Of a stretch of 64,000 nucleotides of DNA, positions 54,316-64,000 are shown piece after piece. The notes under the pieces are model-generated. The model was not told where the DNA came from and searched no databases. It saw only the letters and a list, made by a program, of their open reading frames with translations. Source of the stretch: Succinivibrionaceae bacterium (GTDB lineage Bacteria; Pseudomonadota; Gammaproteobacteria; Enterobacterales; Succinivibrionaceae); assembly GCA_045628385.1 (NCBI GenBank), contig JAZQPH010000045.1:5442-69441 (forward strand), in the 5' to 3' direction. Each line of letters begins with the position of its first letter. Within the stretch, counting starts at the first letter, position 1. The translations under genes and the position numbers were made by a program.

Positions 54316-56301
54316 ATGCTTAAATTGTTCTGGCGCGCCGTCACTGCCTGCATTATTCTCTGTGCGCTGGCCGTGGCAGGTTTTTATCTGTTTTTAAGAA
54401 GCGGTTATGTCGTTAAACCGCTTGTCGAGGCGTTAACCCGAGAAACTGGATCGCGCGTCCAAATCGACCATATTGAATACAACCCGCTCTATCCCGGAAT
54501 AATTCTGGCAAACGGCGTCCGCGCGGGAGACTTTTTCTCGGCCGATCAGCTATATGTCGAATTCGATTACAAAGAACTTCTTTCAGGAGCACTTTCCGCA
54601 AGCGAAGTGACTGCGGTAAACATGAAATTGGATCTCTCCAAAGCCAAGGACGCGCTGGCGCAGGCGCACCCGAATCTCATCAAGTCGCTCGTCATCAAAG
54701 ACATGAACCTTAAAAATGCGGAAGTCATCGCCGACGGATGGATCATAAGACAGGCAATAATCGAAATGCATGATCTGGTTCTGCTCAAAAATGGCAAACC
54801 GCAGATGCCGGAAGGCTACAAAGCCAGCATGTTCGCAGAACACGTCACGACGTTCGGACAGAACTTTCACAGCGTCAATGCCGAAGCCAAGTTGGAAAAC
54901 GGCATCTTCGACGTCTCATCATTCCGCGCAGACTACAGAGACGGAAGATTCGGCGGCTCGTTTTCTGCAGATCCTGCGACCAAAACAATCAAATTCCGCG
55001 GCGTCGGCGGCGACCATCTTGATTTAAGCGGCCATGGCATTTCTGACGCATTCGCGGGCTGGGACATATCGATCATGGACGGCGATTTTCACGAATGCGC
55101 GCTCGATCTTCCGGGATTCGGAATCAATACCGGGATAGGATCGGTAGATCTTCAGATCAACGACTTTCAAAGAACAGGCGGATCTATCGAACGGATGAGT
55201 TTATCTGGGTCTGCCAAATCAGTGCTTTTTGGCGGCGGCATTTTTTCTGAACTTGAATTCCACGCCGACCGGCTGAAAAAGCGCAATGCATACAGAGTTC
55301 TGCTGTCGGGAATATTCGAAGAAGGAAAATTCGACTCCTATTCTATTTACGAACCTGACACTGATTTTCTGGATATTAGGGAACTGTCGCTAGACGGCTC
55401 CAAATTTCATGGCAGCCAGCCCGGCAGTCTTGCCGTTTCGCTTGCCGAAGCGCCGTTTGCCTATATCAGCGTGCGGCACGCCGACGCCTCACATATAGAT
55501 TGGAAGGGCGCAGGTTCAGACTACGCCCAAAATGTCGGGCTGTCCGCCGTCGATCTTTCGTTCAGAGGTGGCGATCTTCTGGCATCCGAAACCAAAGGCC
55601 TCATACGATTCGCGGCTTCGGCAATCGGCACCGAACATTCAGAAATTTCCGACATGAGTGCCAAAATCGTCACCAACGCCGGCATTGTTTCGATAAGCGA
55701 CGCAAAGGCGATCCTAAACGGCGGCACCGTAACGGCAATCGGAGCTTACGATACCAACGCAGAATTCCTGTCCGCAACATTAGCCGGAGACGGCATCGGC
55801 CTCAATCTGTTAAGCAGATGGATCCCCGAGCATGCCGTGACAGGCAAATTCTCATTCAAGGCGCGGATAGCCGGCATGATTGACGATTTGGGACTGAACG
55901 CCAGAGTTTCCGGCGACGACATTTACATCAACGGATTTAGCCTGCCTTCTGCGATAACGGAAACGCGCGCGCTTGCTTTTGCCGAAAAAGGAGCAGTCCG
56001 CGAAGCGCATCTTGTAATCGATCAAATTTCAGCTGAAATCATCAAGGAACGGGGAAGCGTCGCATACAGAATTAAAGGCGATGCGGAAACTTTGGAAGCT
56101 CCGTACCGATTGACGATCCTGATAGATCCTCAGGATCGGCAATTAGGCACCATAAACATAGAAAAAGTCGAAAAAGACAATCAAAGTTCTGACGGCAGCG
56201 ACGAGGCTGCTCGCAAAGACAATAACGATCCTGCCTTTTTCTCGAGAAAAATCCCGTATCCTGCAAAATATGCCCCAGCCGCAGTCAAGCCTGCCGCATA
56301 A
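54316..56301 (+). CDS. AsmA-like family protein (N-terminal membrane anchor plus long beta-rich periplasmic region)
   Basis: Start re-called to the ATG at 54316, with a GGGGAGG Shine-Dalgarno upstream. The longer ORF overlaps recG. The N-terminus (MLKLFWRAVTACIILCALAVAGFYLFL, then ...PLVEALTRETGSRVQIDHIEYNPLYPGIIL) resembles the AsmA N-terminal pattern. The rest was not assigned to a family by eye. Confidence 0.55.
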   Translation: MLKLFWRAVTACIILCALAVAGFYLFLRSGYVVKPLVEALTRETGSRVQIDHIEYNPLYPGIILANGVRAGDFFSADQLYVEFDYKELLSGALSASEVTAVNMKLDLSKAKDALAQAHPNLIKSLVIKDMNLKNAEVIADGWIIRQAIIEMHDLVLLKNGKPQMPEGYKASMFAEHVTTFGQNFHSVNAEAKLENGIFDVSSFRADYRDGRFGGSFSADPATKTIKFRGVGGDHLDLSGHGISDAFAGWDISIMDGDFHECALDLPGFGINTGIGSVDLQINDFQRTGGSIERMSLSGSAKSVLFGGGIFSELEFHADRLKKRNAYRVLLSGIFEEGKFDSYSIYEPDTDFLDIRELSLDGSKFHGSQPGSLAVSLAEAPFAYISVRHADASHIDWKGAGSDYAQNVGLSAVDLSFRGGDLLASETKGLIRFAASAIGTEHSEISDMSAKIVTNAGIVSISDAKAILNGGTVTAIGAYDTNAEFLSATLAGDGIGLNLLSRWIPEHAVTGKFSFKARIAGMIDDLGLNARVSGDDIYINGFSLPSAITETRALAFAEKGAVREAHLVIDQISAEIIKERGSVAYRIKGDAETLEAPYRLTILIDPQDRQLGTINIEKVEKDNQSSDGSDEAARKDNNDPAFFSRKIPYPAKYAPAAVKPAA

Positions 56302-56305
56302 ACAG

Positions 56306-56346
56306 GAAACAAAGAAAAGCCGCGCGAGACTAAATCAGCGCGCGGC
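56306..56346 (-). terminator. Terminator after the yihY-like gene
   Basis: GCCGCGCG (56319-56326) pairs with CGCGCGGC (56339-56346) around a 12-nt loop. On the minus strand it is followed by TTTTCTTTGTTTC. Confidence 0.6.
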
Positions 56347-56376
56347 GAAATGACCGTACGAATCTTGAAAGCGCGG

Positions 56377-57534
56377 TTATTTGCGATGCTTTTTGTGTTT
56401 GCGCAAAGCTTCGCCCAAGCGCCCGCGAAGTTCCGTGCGCTCTTCATGGCATTCTTCATTGAGATTTGGCTCAGTCTGCTGATCGCCACCTGTGGCCGTG
56501 CGTGACTGCGGCGCTGTTTCCGTACCGTTGTTATGATGAACCGCCGACGATGCAAAATTTGCGCTCTCCTGCGCCGCGGCCACCATCGCCTTCAATGCCC
56601 CGCGTTTTCCGAGAAGGCGCTCTTGCAGCAGTTTAAGTTCTTCCTTGTGCGTCATGGAGATTCCGCCCTCTTTTTCGGACTTCGATATGTCTCTTACATC
56701 CTGAAGGCTTGCCTGTATTTCCACTCCCAAGAAAATAATGAGCCAGCTTACATAGATCCACACAAGCAGAATCGGAATCACCGCTATGGCGCCGTATATG
56801 TTGTGATAGGAAGGAAAATAAATAATGTACAGAGAAAAAAGCTGCTTTCCGAGTTCAAGCAAAATTGCCGCGGTCAGCGCGCCTACGGCCGCATACCTGA
56901 TGTTTACTTTCCTCATCGGGACGGCCGCATAAGTAATGAGCAGAGCGCCGAAAGAAAAGATTATCGGCGAAAATTTGATAAGGTTCCTCTGGCAGAAAGC
57001 CACAAACCCGATGCCGTCGTCTATTTTGAGCGATACGACGTATGACGTAAGCGCCAGACTGCATCCGAAAAGAAGCGGGCCCATGGAAAGGACCATCCAA
57101 TAAACCGAGAATGTCATGATCGCCGGGCGCTTGCTGTCACATTTCCAGATGTGGTTTATCGAACTGTCTATGGAGCCTATCAGCATCATCGCCGTGACGA
57201 GCAAAAATATGGAACCGATGATGGTCGTGTTTGACGCATTGCTGCTGAATACCGACAGGTTCTCGGCAAGTATGTCTCCCGAAGACGGCACGAAATTTTC
57301 GAAAATAAAGTTCTTCATCTGCTCTTCAAAGTCGCCGAACACGGGCAAGGCAGACAGCATCGAAAAAAGCACGGTAAGCAGGGGAACTAGCGAAAGCAGC
57401 GTGACGTACGCAAGATGGCTGGCCTCGACCGTAATGCGATCCCTGGTAAAGCGCGTAGCCAGAGCTTTGACGAACAAAAGAGGTTTTCCGATATACGGAG
57501 CTTCCACGAGTTTATTTGATATCTTCTTCAGCAT
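56377..57534 (-). CDS. YihY/BrkB family inner-membrane protein with a C-terminal soluble extension
   Basis: 385 aa. The N-terminal part (about 290 aa) has YihY-type features (ASHLAYVTLLSLVPLLTV, six TM helices). The last 95 aa or so are hydrophilic. Confidence 0.8.
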   Translation of the reverse strand: MLKKISNKLVEAPYIGKPLLFVKALATRFTRDRITVEASHLAYVTLLSLVPLLTVLFSMLSALPVFGDFEEQMKNFIFENFVPSSGDILAENLSVFSSNASNTTIIGSIFLLVTAMMLIGSIDSSINHIWKCDSKRPAIMTFSVYWMVLSMGPLLFGCSLALTSYVVSLKIDDGIGFVAFCQRNLIKFSPIIFSFGALLITYAAVPMRKVNIRYAAVGALTAAILLELGKQLFSLYIIYFPSYHNIYGAIAVIPILLVWIYVSWLIIFLGVEIQASLQDVRDISKSEKEGGISMTHKEELKLLQERLLGKRGALKAMVAAAQESANFASSAVHHNNGTETAPQSRTATGGDQQTEPNLNEECHEERTELRGRLGEALRKHKKHRK

Positions 57535-57653
57535 TTCAGGTTCCTCATTGCGGTTAAATTTTACCCCGGCTGAGCAAACCTTCCAAAATATGGCACGCCT
57601 AAAGCAAGGCGTCCGATCGTATAATCGCTTCCGCAGAAGGCAGGAGACATTTC

Positions 57654-59075
57654 ATGACGGCACACACAGGCAGGCTGACTCGGCGCATGCGCACGCGCAT
57701 GGCTCTTAGGCGGCTTATAAGAAGAGAAAAGGCTCCGCTCGGTCTGCTTCTCGTTGCCCTGCTGCTCGGAGCAGTCACTGGGTGCGTTGCGACAATTTTC
57801 GAAATTGTTCCCGAAACAGCAGTCCATGCCGCCAGATCCTTTTTCAGAGGCGAGCATCCTTTTTGGCACTATGCCGTGCTTTTCTGCGTCTCGGGAGCGG
57901 CTGCCGCTTTTGCAATATTCCTTTCATTCAGGTTTGCGCCCGAGGCAGGCGGTTCGGGCATACCGGAAATCGAAGGAGCGCTCGAACACAGGCGCCCCAT
58001 CCGCTGGAAAAGAGTTCTTCCGGTAAAACTTTTTGGCGGCATGATGTCTCTGTCATCGGGAATGATTCTCGGCCGCGAAGGTCCGTCAATTCAGATCGGC
58101 GGCAATCTTGGCAAAATGGTGGCCGACGGCTTTCTTATCTCAAAATCAAACGCCATGACCTTGGTTGCGGCAGGCGCCGCAGCTGGTCTTGCCGCCGCCT
58201 TCAATGCGCCTCTTGCCGGTCTTCTTTTCGTGCTTGAGGAACTTCGTCCGCAATTTCGCTACAGTTTTCTGTCTGTCAAAATCGTAAGCACCGCCGTGGT
58301 GTCGGCCGCCATCGCGCGAGCCTGTCTTGTGGGCGGAGCTCCCGCATTTGCCGATTTGCCGCGTTTTGAAGATCCTGGCCTTGCCTCTTATCCTCTGTTT
58401 CTTCTTCTGGGCGCCGCAGCAGGCTGCGCGGGCTACGCATTCAACAGATCCGTAAACGCGGCACAGAACGGATTCCTGTATCTTTTCAGAGCCAAAGCCA
58501 AAAGAGCATGTCCGGCGCTGTTTGTCATGGGCGGCGCTTTCGGCGTGCTCTCCGTGATAATTCCGGATGCGTCGGGTTCCGGCATGGACGCGATCCCGGG
58601 ATGGATCACTTGCGGTTCTGAAACTTTATGGACATCTCTTGCCTTGCTGCTCGCATGGCGTTTTTTCGGACTTCTTGCCTGCTTCGGAACAGGAATTCCG
58701 GGAGGCATCTTTGCGCCTTCATTGTCATTGGGAGCACTCGGCGGCGCCGTTTTCGGCTTGGCCGCCACGCACCTTTTTCCGAACCTTGCCGCCGCACCTG
58801 GCGTATTTTGCATTGCGGGCATGGGCGCTTTGTTTGCGGCATCCGTAAGAGCGCCCGTAACAGGCATCGTGCTCGTAACCGAGATGACCAACAACTATCA
58901 GTTTCTTCTGCCCATGATGATCACCACGCTTGCCGCCACTCTGGTGGCGCAAAAGCTCGGAGGCATTCCGATCTATACGCAGATTCTCGAACGCACGCTG
59001 CGCCTTACCGCGCAAAAAGAAAAATCGTCAGATGAGGCGTCACCTAATCAACAGGCAAGTTCCGGCGCAAAATAA
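57654..59075 (+). CDS. clcA: H+/Cl- antiporter ClcA
   Basis: 473 aa with an AGGAG Shine-Dalgarno. Contains GGSGIPEIEGAL, GREGPSIQIGG, GIFAPSL and RAPVTGIVLVTEMTNNYQFLLPMMI, near-colinear with E. coli ClcA. Confidence 0.96.
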   Translation: MTAHTGRLTRRMRTRMALRRLIRREKAPLGLLLVALLLGAVTGCVATIFEIVPETAVHAARSFFRGEHPFWHYAVLFCVSGAAAAFAIFLSFRFAPEAGGSGIPEIEGALEHRRPIRWKRVLPVKLFGGMMSLSSGMILGREGPSIQIGGNLGKMVADGFLISKSNAMTLVAAGAAAGLAAAFNAPLAGLLFVLEELRPQFRYSFLSVKIVSTAVVSAAIARACLVGGAPAFADLPRFEDPGLASYPLFLLLGAAAGCAGYAFNRSVNAAQNGFLYLFRAKAKRACPALFVMGGAFGVLSVIIPDASGSGMDAIPGWITCGSETLWTSLALLLAWRFFGLLACFGTGIPGGIFAPSLSLGALGGAVFGLAATHLFPNLAAAPGVFCIAGMGALFAASVRAPVTGIVLVTEMTNNYQFLLPMMITTLAATLVAQKLGGIPIYTQILERTLRLTAQKEKSSDEASPNQQASSGAK

Positions 59076-59139
59076 ATACGGCTGACGCCAAAATTCAGAA
59101 CGGCGCGGCTGTAGATTTGAGTTTATCAGACAGCACATC

Positions 59140-60054
59140 TCACTCTTGACTGACGGCAACGCGCCCGAGTTCCTCAATAAAGGATCTGCCGAAATCAGAA
59201 AGCCCGGCTTTGGGATTCAGCAGATAGCCGACATGCATGATTTCGTCAGATTCAAGAGGCAGCACGGATATGCGGATGTCGTTGAGTTCGTTGTCGATGA
59301 CGCCCGTGCAGATCGTATAGCCGTCAAGACCAATAAGGCAGTTAAACAAAGTGGCGCGATCCGATACTCTTATGGTCTTCGGCCGGCGTTCGGTCGCAAG
59401 CGGCTCTTCGGAAAAGTGGAATGAATTCTGAATGCCCTGCTCAAAACACAAAAACGGAAACGGCAGCAGATCTGCCGAACAAAGCGGTCTTCCGAGCGAT
59501 TCGAGCGGATGATTTTTTCTCACGAAAACTTTGGGCTTCACCGCAAACAATTCATGAAACTCCAGGCCGCGATCGGCAAACAGCCTTCTTAACACCTTTG
59601 AATTGAAATCGGAAAGATAAAGCACGCCGATTTCGCTTCTGAAATTGGCAACGTCTTCGATAATTTCGGCCGTTCTGCATTCTCTTAGGGTAATTTCGTA
59701 TTCATCGGCGTTTTCAATCCTGATTCGGTGAACGAGAGCCTGAACCGCAAACGCATAATGCTGCGTCGAGACCGAAGATATGCGCCTTATATTTTTGGAA
59801 CCGCCGTAACGCGCTTCAAGCAATTCCGCCTGTTCCAGAATCTGCGCCGCGTACGACAAAAACTCTTCGCCGTCACGCGTTGCCGACGCGCCTCTTGCGG
59901 TTCTTGCAAACAGCACGATGCCGTACTCGGCTTCTAGATCCTTGATTGCCTGCGACAGACTCGGCTGAGACACGAACATATGCTTGGCGGCTTCCGAGAT
60001 CGAGCCGTATCTTGCAACGGCCAGCGCATATCTTAATTGCTGAAAGGTCATCAT
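59140..60054 (-). CDS. LysR family transcriptional regulator
   Basis: Start re-called to the ATG at 60054 (MMTFQQLRYALAVARYGSISEAAKHMFVSQPSLSQAIKDLE), a typical LysR HTH, followed by a substrate-binding domain. Confidence 0.88.
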   Translation of the reverse strand: MMTFQQLRYALAVARYGSISEAAKHMFVSQPSLSQAIKDLEAEYGIVLFARTARGASATRDGEEFLSYAAQILEQAELLEARYGGSKNIRRISSVSTQHYAFAVQALVHRIRIENADEYEITLRECRTAEIIEDVANFRSEIGVLYLSDFNSKVLRRLFADRGLEFHELFAVKPKVFVRKNHPLESLGRPLCSADLLPFPFLCFEQGIQNSFHFSEEPLATERRPKTIRVSDRATLFNCLIGLDGYTICTGVIDNELNDIRISVLPLESDEIMHVGYLLNPKAGLSDFGRSFIEELGRVAVSQE

Positions 60055-60148
60055 CTGCTCCTGATGCGCATGGCGACAGCGCCCTGATACAAACGAAAAA
60101 GCGCCCCCTAGGGGCGCGCTCATGCATACACAAATACCTTGCCCGAAA

Positions 60149-61990
<1,842 letters not shown>

Positions 61991-62305
61991 ATGTCCTCGG
62001 ATGATGCTCGGAATCGGGCATGGCCCGTACCTATAATGGGGCGCGCCCGAACTGCATGATGCGGACAACCCATTCCGATGCATTAGAACTTCCCGAAAAG
62101 GACTGTTCCGCGCGGCGCGCAAAACTTGCGCTATTCTACCGCCAAAAAGTGTGATCTGATCAAACCTTTTGCTTCTGATTGCCAGGTTTTTACCCTAGCA
62201 TGCGCACTATCAGTAAATTTGCTTCAAAATTATGCTTGCTAGTAAAAAAAGCATGCCCCAAAGGTGTCCTATTCGCCCAAGTATGGTGCGCATCCAATGA
62301 TATAA

Positions 62306-62322
62306 TGCCCACATCGGGTGCA
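62306..62322. promoter_or_regulatory. Candidate NtrC-binding palindrome upstream of glnA
   Basis: TGCCCACATCGGGTGCA compared with the enterobacterial NtrC consensus TGCACC-N5-GGTGCA. The right half is exact and the left half is partial. It lies about 140 bp upstream of the sigma-54 element. A second GGTGC half-site is at 62285. Confidence 0.4.
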
Positions 62323-62454
62323 AATCCTATCGGCACAAGCGCTGCTGATTTTTTGCTTGCGGTTCTGCAGACAGAATCTTTATTCCAAAAAATCTTTTCG
62401 CGTCAATGCTTAATAATCAAGAACAGGATACAAAACGTGATCTGCGTACAAAGT

Positions 62455-62470
62455 TGGCACGATTTGGGCA
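62455..62470 (+). promoter_or_regulatory. Sigma-54 (-24/-12) promoter of glnA (glnAp2-like)
   Basis: TGGCAC-GATTT-GGGCA has GG and GC at the canonical 10-nt separation. It resembles E. coli glnAp2 (TTGGCACAGATTTCGCT) and lies 57 nt upstream of the glnA ATG. Confidence 0.7.
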
Positions 62471-62526
62471 ATATGCAATCCGGCACTATTTGATTTACAG
62501 GACAAACCGCTACGGAGGGTTAATTC

Positions 62527-63939
62527 ATGTCCCAGGTTCAGGAAATTCTCGATTACATCAAAGAGCATGACGTAAAGTTCGTTGATCTGCGTTTTGCGGA
62601 TACCAAGGGCAAAGAGCAGCACGTATCTATTCCATCTTCCATGGTCGACGAAGATTTTTTCGAAGACGGCAAGATGTTCGACGGTTCATCCATTGCCGGA
62701 TGGAAGGGCATAAACAAGTCCGACATGGTTCTCATGCCTGATGCGTCGACTTGGCACGCCGATCCTTTCTATGAGTATCCGACAATCTTCATCCGTTGCG
62801 ATATTCTCGAGCCTAAGACCATGCAGGGCTACGACAGAGATCCTCGTTCCATCGCAAAGCGCGCCGAAGAATACATGAAGTCCACCGGCATCGCAGACCG
62901 CGTAATCTTCGGACCGGAGCCTGAGTTCTTCATTTTTGACGATGTCCGTTTCAAGAGCGGCATGAACGGCTGTTCCTATCAGGTAGACGCTGTCGAAGCG
63001 GCATGGAACTCCGGCACCGAATATCCTGAAGGGAACATGGGTCACCGTCCTGGCGTCAAGGGTGGCTACTTCCCTGTCCCTCCTGTCGATTCTTCTCAGG
63101 ATCTCCGTTCCGAAATCTGCCTGCGTCTTGCAGAACTCGGACAGATCGTAGAAGCGCATCACCATGAAGTCGCAACCGGCGGCCAGAACGAAATCGCTAC
63201 CCGATTCAACACTCTTACCAAGAAGGCCGACGAAGTTCTCGAACTTAAGTACGTCATCCAGAACGTCTGCCATGAATGGGGCAAGACGGCAACATTCATG
63301 CCTAAGCCTATTTATGGCGACAACGGTTCCGGCATGCACTGCAACCAGTCACTCGGAAAGGACGGCAAGAACCTGTTCTCGGGCGATGTATACGGCGGTC
63401 TTTCTCAGGAAGCCATTTGGTACATCGGCGGCATCATCAAGCACGCCAAAGCTCTGAATGCGTTCACCAACCCTTCGACCAACTCCTACAAGCGTCTGGT
63501 TCCTGGTTTTGAAGCTCCGGTCATGCTCGCGTACTCGGCATCCAACCGTTCCGCTTCCATCCGCATCCCGGCAGTCAGCAGCCCTAAGGCGACCCGCGTA
63601 GAAGTTCGTTTCCCAGACTGCATGGCAAACCCATACCTGGCATTCTCCGCAATGCTCATGGCAGGTCTTGACGGCATCCAGAACAAGATCGATCCGGGCG
63701 AGCCAATGGACAAGAACCTGTACGATCTTCCTGCCGAAGAAGCAGCGAATATTCCTCAGGTCTGCGGTTCCCTTGAAGAAGCGCTCAACGCCCTTCAGGC
63801 CGACCATGAATTCCTGACCCGCGGCGGCGTGTTCACGGAAGACTTCATCAGCGCTTACGTCGACCTCAAGAAGCAGGACGACAACCGCGTCCGCATGGCT
63901 CCGCATCCTGTCGAGTACGAACTGTACTACTCACTGTAA
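62527..63939 (+). CDS. glnA: Glutamine synthetase type I
   Basis: 470 aa with a GGAGGG Shine-Dalgarno. Contains [41 protein letters not shown] and the adenylylation-site context NLYDLP. Confidence 0.98.
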   Translation: MSQVQEILDYIKEHDVKFVDLRFADTKGKEQHVSIPSSMVDEDFFEDGKMFDGSSIAGWKGINKSDMVLMPDASTWHADPFYEYPTIFIRCDILEPKTMQGYDRDPRSIAKRAEEYMKSTGIADRVIFGPEPEFFIFDDVRFKSGMNGCSYQVDAVEAAWNSGTEYPEGNMGHRPGVKGGYFPVPPVDSSQDLRSEICLRLAELGQIVEAHHHEVATGGQNEIATRFNTLTKKADEVLELKYVIQNVCHEWGKTATFMPKPIYGDNGSGMHCNQSLGKDGKNLFSGDVYGGLSQEAIWYIGGIIKHAKALNAFTNPSTNSYKRLVPGFEAPVMLAYSASNRSASIRIPAVSSPKATRVEVRFPDCMANPYLAFSAMLMAGLDGIQNKIDPGEPMDKNLYDLPAEEAANIPQVCGSLEEALNALQADHEFLTRGGVFTEDFISAYVDLKKQDDNRVRMAPHPVEYELYYSL

Positions 63940-63963
63940 TCAAGAACATTCAGTTATATCTTT

Positions 63964-63988
63964 GCGCTCCTTCGGGAGCGCTTTTTCT
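63964..63988 (+). terminator. Rho-independent terminator after glnA
   Basis: GCGCTCC-TTCG-GGAGCGC followed by TTTTTCTC, 25 nt after the stop codon. Confidence 0.85.
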
Positions 63989-64000
63989 CTGCCCATTGCG

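Overview
Dense, mostly housekeeping chromosomal segment of a Gammaproteobacterium. Gene order matches several conserved E. coli/Vibrio-type core blocks. I support about 58 protein-coding genes and found no rRNA, tRNA, CRISPR array, transposase, integrase or prophage gene. Blocks in order: (1) lptB(partial)-lptA-lptC-kdsC-kdsD on the minus strand, divergent from mlaFEDCB, which runs straight into murA-murB-birA. (2) A DUF2750 gene, uvrA, and a DASS-family anion symporter. (3) A minus-strand run: rsmJ, a 1030-aa Sel1-repeat gene, rsmD, ftsY, ftsE, ftsX, rpoH. (4) A minus-strand run: LysM protein, yrdD-like, purE, tsaC, aroE. (5) rnd, a CPCC protein, def-fmt-rsmB-trkA-trkH, and an HDOD protein. 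(6) yfcZ-like plus mltF. (7) menH, an M48 protease, and a menC-like gene. (8) rnb, prlC, a sensor kinase plus a 6-TM protein, an M24 aminopeptidase, pssA-recG, an AsmA-like protein, a yihY-like gene, clcA, a LysR regulator, and bipA divergent from glnA. Several ORF-track entries start too far upstream at alternative start codons; I re-called those starts from ATG/GTG plus Shine-Dalgarno context and homolog length. I do not see a convincing new multi-gene system such as a defence island or toxin module. The best leads are local oddities. First, a MenC homolog appears to lack three of the five canonical enolase-superfamily catalytic residues, and it sits next to an autonomously expressed M48 protease wedged into the men cluster. 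Second, a leaderless giant Sel1-repeat protein is translationally coupled to rsmD-ftsYEX-rpoH. Third, an orphan sensor kinase is coupled to an unclassifiable 6-TM protein. Fourth, a mirror-symmetric cluster of five GATC sites lies in the LysM/rnd divergent promoter region. Fifth, a 523-bp non-coding region carries strong hairpins. All functional calls come from reading the translated ORFs and recalling homologs; no database search was run.
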